Origin: Octopus bimaculoides
Taxonomy: Eukaryota
Length of the DNA stretch: 41,095 bases
Direction of reading: 5' to 3'
Assembly: GCF_001194135.2 (NCBI RefSeq)
Contig: NC_068982.1
Span: 146,202,878 to 146,243,972, forward strand
The notes below the pieces were generated by a model. That model was not told the origin of the DNA. It did no database searches and worked only from the letters and a program-made list of their open reading frames with translations. The position numbers were made by a program, and so were the translations under genes. This document shows positions 11,353 through 23,677 of this stretch, one piece after another. Position 1 is the first letter of the stretch, and the number at the start of each line of letters is the position of its first letter.

Positions 11353-13469
11353 TTTCTTAAAATCAATCCACGCTATACCCGGATTAGTATGTCATTCTTG
11401 AAGTCATTCGGCACCTTTCAGTCTGTTAGAAGTTCATTATTATTATTACTCTTAGTATCATTCTTCTTGTTGTTGTTAAATGCTTAAAATTTGAGAATGC
11501 GCGGATTTGAAATATGAAATCTCTAAAGGATGCTAAAATTAAATAGATGATCCGTCTATCGGTATAATTCTACTCTGTTCGGGAATCGGTGGCAAAAATT
11601 CTTTAGATTTCTGCGTTCAAATATCGAGAGAGAAATAGTCCATTGCCACAATGGATCAAATTGTAAATTATTGAGATTAATATTTGTAAAGGTTAAAGCC
11701 TATTATTTTGCAAGACAAGATGATAGTTTATGAGCCTCGCAATCAGATATAAATAACAGTTATATATTAACGGAGATAATTTAAGATGTAACCATAGCTT
11801 CTTACAGAAAAGTACTATATTTCACTATGTGTTGCTACTGTGATTTACCGAGCAGTGCCCTAAATAACTTGACTTGGATAATGTATTTGTGTAGGTACGC
11901 AAATTGCGACTTAGAAATCTAAACACATCTTATATGAATGTGACTCAGCAGAAGGGAAGCAATTCAGATAACTCATGGAAGTTTTACAACGTATATCATA
12001 ACATAGCACGTCTACGAAATGGCTAGAAGTGAAATTATGACTGAAATTTTATTATGCATTCGAAGGGAGACAATAAAGATGATAAACGAAAAACCTTGAA
12101 CACGAAAAGAGTTTGGCTTTGGACCTCCATCTCATTCTTTGTGATAATGTTCTGCTTTCACACACCACCGATATTAAATGTCAAGATTAAAACACAAACT
12201 TCAAAGTACCACAATGGTATATAGCTGTATAATTATCATACGTTAACTTGAAATATGATCGATATGTTTATTGACAAGAGGAGAAGGGAGTTATTTGATT
12301 CAATTCGTGAGTGGAATTCTCTATTTAAGGTGTAACGTAAAGACTCAAATTATTAGAATGTTAAATTGCCCATGTTTAAGAACAAACTCCAGTCCCCAAC
12401 CGATATTTTGTCCAGAAGATTTAGTTGTAAATCTCTTCTGCATTAAATCGGATTTACGCGATCAATTCACGTGTAACAGTCTTGCACAAATATTGTATTT
12501 CTCATTTCGAAAATTACTCCAATGCGTGTTTAGAAAAATATAGTATTTCGTTTAAGCGTTTAGGTTTTCAAGTCATATATTGCAAACAAACATCAGCACC
12601 GTGGCTCACAAACGCGATCCTGTATATTTACTGTTCCATTGGCTTGTATTTAAAATTCAGACAGTATAGGAATCTCCGTGGCAGATCGCAGTTTGATTTT
12701 CATTTAAATGTATAGGATGAAATGCTAATAAACTTCGCGGAAGATTACGCATTAACATGTGAGTCTAAATTGCTTCATGTAGTTAAAGGAATTCCGCTCA
12801 CATTTTGGAGACAATAACTTCAATTGTATGGTTTCAACCTGTAAATAAATTTTCTTTAAGTTTAGACGATGAGATGCTATGTGATTAAAATTGTGATACA
12901 AGCTGAAATACAGCAATTTCCATGACGAAATTTCACAATAATTTTTGAGTCGCTTTTAAAAATGAAAATTCCAGCACAAAGGATAATTTATATTATCTTC
13001 GTGCGCTTGTCAAGCATTGAAGCCCGTAGTGAATTATGTTTTGCAATCTGTACTCTTCGAGAATAACATGACTTTCAAGACCGTCTGAAATATTCAACTT
13101 TATTGTTATTTTACTCCGCTAAATTTTAGCTTTCAAACAATTGGATATCCTAGGGTATTATGTGATATATACATATCGTTGTCAAAATGGGGAAGAAAGT
13201 ATCATAGATCATTCCTTTTGAAAGATTATTTTCAAAATATCTAATTTGTAACAATTATATATGTTTCATAATTTGTAGCGTATATGAGCCTTTGTTAAGT
13301 AATATAATTGACATATTCTGGTGTTCCCTTCTTGGTGTTCAAAACTCCTATTCTACAAACGCATACCGTATCGACTTGATTTTCACGTGCAGAAAATTTT
13401 GAAGAGATACTGATTAGGGATGGTGATGCATCAGTCAACTGAATAAAATTAATATGTAAAGTTGACAGT

Positions 13470-13770
13470 TATATATATATATATATATACATATATATAT
13501 GTGTGTGTATATATATATGTATGTATGTATATATATGTATATATATATGTATATATATGTATATATATGTATATATATATGTATATATATGTATATATAT
13601 ATATATATATATNNNNNNNNNNNNNNNNNNNNNNNNNNNNNNNNNNNNNNNNNNNNNNNNNNNNNNNNNNNNNNNNNNNNNNNNNNNNNNNNNNNNNNNN
13701 NNNNNNNNNNNACTGAATAAAATTAATATGTAAAGTTGACAGTTATATATATATATATATATATACATAA
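13470..13770. repeat. (TA)/(TATG) microsatellite with a 99-N gap (13613-13711) and duplicated flank
   Basis: Direct reading. ACTGAATAAAATTAATATGTAAAGTTGACAGTTATATA occurs on both sides of the gap. Confidence 0.93.
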
Positions 13771-14021
13771 GAGGAATCCACTCATGGGATTCCTTGCGCT
13801 AGAAAGAACTGCTAGGTTCTAGAACCACAAAATTAGGGATAAAATCCCGAAAGGAACGAAATGAAACATAAAATCTTTTACCATCTCTATCCTCGACCAA
13901 TTGGTTTCTGACTTATTTTAGCAATTAAGATAATTTGCTAGGTGAAATCGTTATCAACAGTTACACCCAAAACTAAAATACATTAAACACGAGGCAATCA
14001 ATTCCATGCCTCCTAATTTTT

Positions 14022-14962
14022 TGCGTGAGTAAGAGATAATCGTTTACTAACAGAAAACTATGTTATTAAAATAAATACCTTTAAATTATTGCGGATAATT
14101 TTCCGCTATGTGATTTGTAAACGTATAGTAATCCTCCTAGGAATTGTCACATTTCATGCCAATATAATCGCTGTAGATCAACATGGTACTGGTGCATATC
14201 TCCACTTGATCCACATATATACTTCAGTCTCCGTTTAATTCATGCCCAGTATGGTTCCACGATGTTTGTACCTACACCAGATACGGGATCTACAAAATGA
14301 GAGGCGAAGGCTTTCGGCTATAGAAAAAATGTCAATTGGTTGTCTTCACACTTTTTTCACATAATCCTGGACTTCATATGTGAAATGCCAGTGACAAGCT
14401 GCATGTCCAAGAACAATATTAGCTGACAGACAGCCGCATAGTGGTACGAATATTGCAGGGAAATATGTACCCAAAAATCTTTGCAAGACAAGAAGAAATT
14501 GGGTGGCTCGAACCAGCTTTATTTTTAAGAGGAAAAATGAAATTGGAAGACTGGTAAAGAAGTTTTAAATACTTGGTATATATGATGACAAGTTTAAGAA
14601 AGGTTACCTGCAACTTGTTCCTGACCGAAAAGCAGAGTCACTAGAAATGGTCATTATTGAAAATGTTGAAGCAGGTTCCAGTATTTTATGGATACGTGGT
14701 CCAGCTATAAAAATCTATTCATACGGGCGCGAATTAAACGGAGACTGAAGTATATATGTAGATCTAGTGGAGATATGCGCCGGGCGCATGTCGATCTACA
14801 GAGATTATACTGGCATGGAATGTGACAATTAATGGGAGAATTACAATATGTTTATAAAGCACATAACGGAAATTTATCCGTAATAATTTAAAGGTGTGTT
14901 ACAGATAATTTATCTTAATAACATAATTATCTGTTCGAAAATGATTTTATCTTACGCGCGCA
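14022..14962 (+). mobile_element. Merlin (IS1016/IS1595-like DDE) DNA transposon remnant with ~230-bp inverted arms
   Basis: Arms at about 14022-14253 and 14720-14962 are reverse complements with scattered substitutions. The interior translates to QTAA*WYEYCREIC...KKLGGS..FKRKNEIGRLV..ILGIYDDKFKKGYLQLVPDRKAESLEMVIIENVEAGSSI..DTWSSYKNL, matching Merlin motifs (KRK..GR, VPDR, GSxIxSDxW). Confidence 0.82.
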
Positions 14963-15369
14963 TGCTAGATTGTTTAAAATTTTTCCAATTTTGATTTCGC
15001 AGTATTTAAAAAATTATTTAGAAATTATAAAGGGACACGAATGACAGAATTGGACTGTCCGTATTTTAAAAGCGGGGATTAAAAAATATAGAGATAGAAA
15101 AACATTGGAAAGTTTTGGAAATTAGAAAAAAAATTCTCTTTTTTCTTGCCTTATAGTTTTAATTACGTTATGCATAAGACAGAATCGAAAAAACCTTGCA
15201 AAAATTCGTAAAAATGAAAACGTTATGAGGGGTTTTAGCACGTGCTTACATCGTAACCCCGCCGAAGAGTTAGTATTGGCGTTAGTAGTAGTAGTGTTAT
15301 TAGTATTAACATTCGTTATAGCTGTACTCCGATCTTCCTCGGAACGCCCGCAGTAATCTTACTGCAGAA

Positions 15370-15720
15370 GGTTTAACGTAGTATACAAATGCATTGTTCA
15401 CAACATATTTCATAATGCTATAAGTTGTCAGATCGGGTCTACTATTAATTTTCGTCAGAGATATTCTGTACATCTAAACTCATTTAAATAAAAACATAGC
15501 AAATCCATGTCCCTAGCAAACTACATACACCATCAAATAAATAGAAAAGTACTGTATAGGATATCTTGGATCATAATAGACTCTGGCGTCCCATACCAAG
15601 GCAAGCGCTCCACATGTGGTCTCTGCCTGAAAGAAGCCCTCCAAATATCAATTCATACTTTTCCGCATTTACTCAATAAACAACAGAAGCATTTTCAACA
15701 TATAAGCATGTGTCCTTTTG
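15370..15720 (+). mobile_element. Penelope-like element GIY-YIG endonuclease fragment (Naiad-like)
   Basis: One frame with a single stop: NVVYKCIV..QIGSTINFRQRYSVHLNSFK*KHSKSMSLANYIH..YRISWIII..PYQGKRSTCGLCLKEA..LLNK. Confidence 0.85.
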
Positions 15721-15965
15721 CACCTTTATATTCTTCCATAGATCCAAATGCAAGGAAAATAAACACACATAACACTTGCCTAAATACTTCCACGGTCGTT
15801 ACAATATACGAACATTTCTTCCTTCCATTTTCTTTTTTTCTATCAACATAAGTACTTTAGGAGGTAGTTGGCTTAATCCCTTAAATTCTTAACTTTTAAA
15901 TTGCATATTTTTAACTTTTAACTTTTAAATTTTAATTCTTTAATTTGTATCCTTTAGCCGCTTAA

Positions 15966-16711
15966 TTATAGTTTTATCCTACATATATCCCCTTCGTTAG
16001 TCTGGGGAGCTAGTCTTTCTCCTTTCCTTACCCACTTTTTTCGGCGCTTGAAATTTTTATAGAGAACCCATTTCTCGTTACCAGTCACTATTTGGTCCAA
16101 GAAAGGTTCATTCGTAAGACGTGATAGCAAAGAAGAGCACACATTCTCTCTCTGCGCGCAGTTAGGCTCGGAATATTTGTGAGAAACCCATTGACACAAT
16201 TTGCTGACTTTTCCGATGGCACGCAGCTGTCGATGAATAGTTGAATGACCAAATCCAAGCTTGTATGCTAGATCCTCACAGGTACGATGGGATTTTGTTC
16301 CACCAGAGTTTGCAGGGCGATATCGTCGAGCTCTACGGATCTTCTCGGACGAGACTCGTCTTCTAGGCTGTAGTTTCCGGCTCGGAATTTCTGGAACAAC
16401 TGTTGACACAGGCTTTCGCTTATTGTCCGATCCCCATATATTGCATTAATAATCCTTCACTTGCGTTGTTACCTTTATTGAACTCATAAAGTAAAATATG
16501 CCGAATATGCTCCTTTGTCACTTCTATTATAGCTTTGAAAAAATAACTGTTAAGATCGAACTGCACTCTTCAAAACTTCCACTAAGAATAAGGACAAAGT
16601 AAAATTACTGCCTGCTTTTATGGCAAGTTGATGCAGTTAGTTTATGCCGTCCCCCTCCGACTTTTAGTTCAAGCAGTTGAAAAACTGCTTTATTTATGGG
16701 ATGACCCAATA
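15966..16711 (-). mobile_element. mariner transposon, 5' TIR plus N-terminal transposase, 3'-truncated
   Basis: TCEDLAYKLGFGHSTIHRQLRAIGKVSKLCQWVSH..LDQIVTGNEKWVLY (WVPH and TGDEKW motifs). The end reads TATTGGGTCATCCCATAAATAAAGCAG at 16711. Confidence 0.92.
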
Positions 16712-17149
16712 CAATTATTGATATGGTTGACACACTACGCTTTTACCGTTGATCTGCTCAAGATGGTTTAAGCTGAAACTGAATAATTAATATAACGCAA
16801 TAATATTATTATGTATATTCTGAAGTAAAATATATTTTAGAAATGAATATTGGAAATATTTGTTAACATCTGATATTCAGATTTCTAGCATATATATAGC
16901 TAAATATTTAATATAAATAGATGGAGATTATATACAGCTATGAATATGTAAATTTATTTAAACAATGACATGAAGTGGTTTATAAGTTATGACAGCTCCT
17001 CAGAAAGTGCAGAACTGAAATCTGGTCCTAAAAGGATTATAAAGTCATATAAAAATTTGATAAATGATCAAAGTAGAAGAAATAAAAGAAATAGAAGGCA
17101 TTTATAAGTTGTAAATATTAGCAACAAAGAAGCATAGAATTCGGTAAAA

Positions 17150-17290
17150 GGATTCAAATTCTGTCAAGGTTGACTTTGTCTTTTACCTTTTCAGTATGGA
17201 AAAAATAAGTACCAGTTGAGGACAGGTTGATATAATCGATTTCGTCCCCTCCGCAGATATTCCTGGCATTGTGCTAAAATTTGAAACCAA
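17150..17290 (+). mobile_element. SINE family B 3' part, decayed
   Basis: TTCAAATTCTGTCAAGGTTGACTTTG...AAATAAGTACCAGTTGAG...TAATCGA...GGCATTGTGCTAAAATTTGAAACC. Confidence 0.7.
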
Positions 17291-18294
17291 TATGATTCTA
17301 TTCGATAATAGCGTACACGTTGTTGGGCTTCGTGAGAAAGCGCTGGCAATTTCAAATTCTCTAACCTGTAATTCAAATTATTCATGATCATATGTACAAT
17401 TGAATTATACAGAAATTTGATATCTTGGCTGCATAAGTTTTCGACTTGAAGCCAACATGTATAGCTGTTTACTGATTGTAAATTTTAACAGTACTGAAGA
17501 GAAATTCCAGACACAAATTAAATTATTTTCCCAGTCACAATTTTCCACCTCAGGCACATAATATTTATTTGTAATAAACAAAGAAATAACCACATACAAA
17601 CCAAATAAAAATAGTAATTTTCTAGATTTAACGAAATAACAAAATATTAATAACGCTCTTTATGGCATTTGTGAAATAACGATATATTGTTGTATAATGG
17701 ATGTATTGATTTGTTTAAAATCTTTGGGAACAGATATGGTGAAGACAGTAGTGAGACAATATCTTACGTGTTATTCAGCTTCCACGAAGAAGACGGAACT
17801 CGCTAGATCGTTCTCTCAATGTGGAAAGAATCATTTGCATAAAAGCAATCATATTTAAAAGGAGCAACGTTATTTTATAATATTCTTTCCATTCTTGCGT
17901 TTCTTTACGATGCAGTGTTTCGTTCAGTTTTTCATTCTGTATAACATTCCGGAAATTAGAGCTTTCACGTTACAAGATCTTCTGGTATGGAATATATTAC
18001 ATGTAAGTACACTTCAAAAGAAAAAAATGGAGTTACTCATCTTTAGAATTCATGTTCAGCTCCCGCGGCCTTTTAATTTGATCTAGGTGGCTAATTCAAA
18101 TCTGGTTATATGGTCGAACCTATGTGCGCCAATGGCCAAATTCCTGTAATGTAGTGAATTTCATTAACATCAGATCTACTGTAACTCAAATAAAGCTAAT
18201 ATCATGAGGGTAATTTATTCACCTACATATCATAACCGTGATTCATTGTATAATAAAACAGTTGTAAATAGATCATAGATAACGCCGTACTTTA

Positions 18295-19098
18295 GTTTAA
18301 CGATTCAATAAACACAATGACTTTTGCATCCCCAAAACCTGAGACAATGAAACGAACTTGGCCTTCTTTGGAGCAGGGGAAGAAGGGAGTTCTCACTGCA
18401 TGGATTGTCTCTGTGCCTCGTGCTCATAGTGATGAACTCAACACTAATCGTGGTTTTGGCGATATTCCAGGAAAACACCTGGATCTGCCTGAAACATTGT
18501 CAAATGTTCTTTTGATGTAATCAGAATAGTACACTTTTGATCAGGTGTATCCCTACATGGCACCCACTGAGCAGGCAGAAACCTCCGTCATGCCAAGTTC
18601 ATTGTGCCGAATATTCTCAACTTTTACACGAGATATGTCAATAGAATTAACAAGTCAATTGCCTTTCCTCCATCATCATTTGGTATACACGATCAATGTT
18701 TTCCACGGTAGTTGCAGTTGAAGGAACTCCAGATTTTGGATCATATTCAAGAGTCCCCTTTCCCCTCCAAAATTTAGATGCCAACTTCTGTACTGTCGAT
18801 AAAGGTGGAGCCTAATCTCTTAATATAGCAACTATGTCTGCACGAATATCGTTGATGGCTATACCATTTTAGTGCAGATTCTTGATAACACCAAGGTGCC
18901 AAATTTTATCCATTTTCAAGAGACGTCACAGCTAGTTACTTTTGAAATTTTCCTTGAAGAGTTATATGTCAGTTTGCCTGAAATGAAGCAATGTAGCTAT
19001 TCGTAAAGAAGGTCTGAAATTAATGCATGCAAAATTTCGCAACTGTAGCATCACTCCTTTGTAGTTTGCCTATGAACTTTTCAGCTCACCCTCGTGTA
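18295..19098 (-). mobile_element. mariner transposon (second family), 5' TIR plus decayed transposase
   Basis: Starts at ATG 18913: MDKIWHLGVIKNLH..IRADIVAILRD*APPLSTVQK..EYDPKSGVPSTATTVENIDRV, continuing brokenly to the FWDAK motif. The end reads TACACGAGGGTGAGCTGAAAAGTTC at 19098. Confidence 0.9.
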
Positions 19099-20510
19099 AT
19101 GCAGTAAACCGTCTACAAAATTGGTTCAGGCTAAAGAATCTGTGTGAATTGCGGAAAGAAAGTGACTTTAAAGTCTAAGGAAAATTATCGATAAATGGTG
19201 CTTCTTAGTGTTATTAATACTGGGACCAGCTAAGACAGGTAATAATAGCATTGTCGATTGCAGTTTGGCAGGTATATTATTAATAATGTGACATTATTAA
19301 TATTACTTTTTGTCAAGTGCTAGCAAGTTTCTTAGAGACTGACATAACCGCGAATGAAGTGGTAAGTGCAGGGTGGAACACAATATCTACAATATGATAG
19401 ATACTAAACAAAATATATATCCTGCCAGGCAAAACCAAGCAATATATTACGACAAAAGCATTTCAAAGTATAGAAGAGGGAGAGTTTTACAACTATAGTG
19501 GAATTTAGGAAACACTGTCCACTGCTATCGTGGGAGATAGTAACAGAAGCTGTTGTGGAATAAGTTGTTTCAAATACACAGAGTTGGTAATCTACGACTC
19601 TTCCTGAAAGCAGTGTAATATGTATTTTAATACCCAATCAAATGTGATCGAATATCTCTGATAACGGTGCTCATTGTCATCATTGTTCATGTTAGGCATC
19701 GTTGGAGCATGTTCTGCTAGCATGCGAGTCTGCAAGTTTTCTTTTTCAAGATCAAAATATTTCTCAAACATTTAGCAATTTTCGCTTTCCCTGTCCTGAA
19801 TTAAATTCCGAAAGGTACAAACTTTCTGGGCAAAACTTTACTTCTACTTCATTTCGAGTGATGTATGTTTTCATATTCAACAGTGAATATACATTGTTTT
19901 TCAGACAAAACCGAGAGAGAATTGATAGAAATTACTCTATTTCGTTATTTTTGCTCAACTATTATTCTTATTTTATATAGGCTTCAATGTTATTGCTGAT
20001 GCTTTTATTATTGTTGTCACTGTCACAAGTCAGAAAATCAAATTAGAGTTTTCCTTTTCTGAACAGGTATGTCTGACTCTAAATCAAACTTAATTATGCT
20101 TGTTTATTTTTGTTTTCATTAAATTCTTCTTACCCTTTGGTTTAATTTTCTCTTTTGCGGGCGTTATTCAGATCACTTAATGTCATTATAAAGCTGGCAT
20201 TAAATATTCAAATAAATATAATTTAAGGTTTAATATTTTACAAAATTTATTTGCATTGCAAAATAGTTAAGCATGTAAAATATTAATTTGATGATTTCTA
20301 AAATTATTACTCCCAGCGATTATAAGTGAAAGCAAAATAAAATGAAAAGTTCGATAGAATATCATTTTGCTTTCAAAACAAATTGAGAATTAATTGAATA
20401 AACTTTTATAGAGAGACAAAGGGCAGAAAAATAAGTTCGTATACAAAATACGTGGAAAAACGAAGTCCAAATCAAACTACCAAGAGTCTAAATGACACCT
20501 TTATATTCAT

Positions 20511-20511
<1 letters not shown>

Positions 20512-20579
<68 letters not shown>

Positions 20580-20593
20580 NNNNNNNNNNAATG

Positions 20594-20642
<49 letters not shown>

Positions 20643-20750
20643 CAACAACAAAAATAATAATAATAACGATAATAATAACAATAATAATGATGATGATGAT
20701 AATGATGATAATGATGTTGATTATGACCATGAACATGATCATGATAATGA
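20512..20750. repeat. (TAA)n/(TGA)n microsatellite with a 10-N gap
   Basis: Direct reading. It abuts the Tx1 3' end. Confidence 0.95.
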
Positions 20751-22860
20751 TTTCATTTATTTGTCACAAGGGTGAGGAATGAGGGAGACAATACAAAGAC
20801 AAACATAAAGTGTGGGATAAAAAAAAAGTGAAAGGAAGTATACACAATAGACACTGAAAAAGAAAGGATATATGATTAGCATACAAAAGTTTGAAAATTT
20901 CGGGGAGGATGATAAAGATGTGACCTTTCTGATACAGGAAGGCCTCTAGCGATAATCGAGGAGCCCCACTGTCCGAGATTTACACAAAACTCCAGGAGCA
21001 AGTGCCCTCTCCAGTTCTTTCCGACTCACAGGTCTACACTTAGAGAGGTACCATCCACTCGTGTCATTTTCGCAACTCCGCCCGCCTTTCAATAAACTCA
21101 CTCGAAGACAACACTTCCCTCTCCACTCTCAATTTTCTGTTCAATGAAACTTGAAGAATTCAATGAAAGCTCTACCAAAGGGGAATGTATCTGTCCTCGT
21201 GCTTTTCAGCTTTTCCACCATACAACCTCTTTCGTCACATCTACCAGGCAAAGAAAAACTGCTTTGTCTACCCGATTAAGGAAGGTGGCGATGCAATCAT
21301 CACTACAGACTCGGCCGACAGACGGATCCGTCCCACACGTGACAATAACTGTTCAACATAACGTCACATGTCAACAATGCCAAGATGCTGAATGAATGCG
21401 TGCAGAACGGTTTCGTCACTCTACGCGCACCGCGGACAATCCCGTCTGACAGCACATCTGTGCCTGTAGGGTTTATCTCGAACATGTAACACCCCACCCA
21501 GTAGCACCGCTAGGACGAGAGCATCTGGAAATTATCCATGATAGTTCTCAACCGAAAAGCCTTCCAGAACATACTAGCCAGTTCGTTCTCGTCCACGCTA
21601 CAGTTTTCCCCCAGAGAGTCTTCGAACTTCCACGCCACTAATCCTCTATAAATTTCTAAAGTCGAACATCCACCGATCCCATTGTGTCACTGATAGAAGG
21701 CTGTGAACGTTTGAGGACATTCTTGATGCCAGGCGCCCAGCCTCCGTCTTTTCTTCACCCAGGACTGCAACTCCATCAAGGAGACGAGTTGCGGAAAGAC
21801 GAGCCTCACAAACGGAACCCACACCCGCTCACCGTCCTGAAATCATTGCAGGTAGCGTAACCTAAGAGTATGTCTGCGCATTAGGAGCCACGGCAGACCT
21901 AATGAGCTACTCAGAGGATGTTGGCAACAGAATGATCCCCTNNNNNNNNNNNNNNNNNNNNNNNNNNNNNNNNNNNNNNNNNNNNNNNNNNNNNNNNNNN
22001 NNNNNNNNNNNNNNNNNNNNNNNNNNNNNNNNNNNNNNNNNNNNNNNNNNNNNNNNNNNNNNNNNNNNNNNNNNNNNNNNNNNNNNNNNNNNNNNNNNNN
22101 NNNNNNNNNNNNNNNNNNNNNNNNNNNNNNNNNNNNNNNNNNNNNNNNNNNNNNNNNNNNNNNNNNNNNNNNNNNNNNNNNNNNNNNNNNNNNNNNNNNN
22201 NNNNNNNNNNNNNNNNNNNNNNNNNNNNNNNNNNNNNNNNNNNNNNNNNNNNNNNNNNNNNNNNNNNNNNNNNNNNNNNNNNNNNNNNNNNNNNNNNNNN
22301 NNNNNTCGGAGGCGTCCGACACCATGACGGTGACGTCACCCACGTATGCCGACACTGACCTACCTCTTCAAGCTTTCGCAGCATTGGATCGTTTGCCAAT
22401 ACTTACAGAAGAAGCGACAGCGGGAAGCCCTGACGGACCGATCGTGTGATGCCAAACGGCTCCGATAGGGGGCCGTTTACTTTGACCACTGAACAGGTGC
22501 CGCTATGCATTGCAGCGATGCAGCTTCTAAAAACGGGTCCGAAACCGTGTGTTTTCAGGACGGCTTCCAAGTAGCGATAGTCGACTCTATCGAATGCATT
22601 CGATGGTCCTTATTGATCAGAGCAACGCCGAAGCCGTCTCTATGATGTATTGCATAAGGTGGAGGTTGTTGATAGGCCTGCTCGAGATTGTACACGTTTT
22701 CACTTCTCCAACAGGCTACCGAAGACAAGCGCCAGCCTTTTCACTAAGACCTTGGCCAAAATCTTAAACTCTGCGTCTAGAAGAGTTATGGGCCGAAATA
22801 TTCTCTAGTACGTTCCCACTTTCGGTGGCCAATGGAACTGCAAGAATTCTTCGCAGTTTT
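20750..22860 (-). mobile_element. L1/Tx1-clade LINE: RT, C-terminal zinc knuckle and 3' UTR (decayed; gap N 21942-22305)
   Basis: FRPITLLDAEFKILAKVLVKRL, DQxxAFDRVD-like and RQGFPLSPLL segments, SAYVGDV (degenerate YADD), LHVRDKPYRH..DCPRCA*SDETVLHAFIQ. The 3' UTR ends AATAAATGAAAT. Confidence 0.9.
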
Positions 22861-23109
22861 CTTGAAGCATAAGCAATAAATAAGTGTCAACTTAGTCTGC
22901 TAGTTGTGGACAGCTGAAAATTTTCCATCATACCCAGCAAAATAAGCTGAGAATTTTCATAAAAGAAAAACATTAAAAAGAAATATGATGATGCCGATAT
23001 CATTGCACACAGCTATCAAGCGGTGGGAAAAATACATTGGACAAACAATATGGGAAAAGCCTAATATTAATTTAAATTTTAGCATCGGGCAAAACCGTGG
23101 GATCAGATA

Positions 23110-23586
23110 TAACTGGTCTTACACACTGAGTCTCCTCTATGTTTTCCCTTCTCCTTTTGAGCGAACTCTTGGGTGTCGCATTCACGTTTTCTTCTCTCTT
23201 CTTCTTTGTTTTTCCTACTGTGTACTTTTCTCCCACATTTTCTGTATTCTTTCTGCCTACTTGCGTTTGTGTCTCAACACTTTGTTCTTCTTCCTCTTCC
23301 TGCTGCTCTTGCTCTACTTCCTCTTCGTGTTTCTAGGGACACCTCGCTTTCATGTATCCCCGCACTCCGCAGTAGTCGCAGATAGGAGGTCTTTCTTCCA
23401 CTATCACTCTCAGTTTTACATCCTCAGGCAATACAGTCTCTTCTGTGGTTTTATGCAAATCCAATAAACTAATTTGGACCATCACCTGGAAGCCGTATCC
23501 CCACAGTTTACCTCTGTTGTTCTTGTAACCTTGAGAATTATTGTTTCTTCCTCCGTATTGAAGATGAGGTATGGCCACCAGCTTTC

Positions 23587-23590
<4 letters not shown>
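23110..23590 (-). mobile_element. L1/Tx1-clade ORF1 fragment (gag-like CCHC knuckle)
   Basis: VKLRVIVEERPPICDYCGVRGYMKARCP (Cx2Cx4Hx4C with H>Y), followed by an E/K-rich tail. Same strand and expected position upstream of the RT above. Confidence 0.75.

Positions 23591-23676
<86 letters not shown>
23590..23676. repeat. (CT)n(CA)n microsatellite
   Basis: Direct reading. Confidence 0.97.
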
Positions 23677-23677
<1 letters not shown>

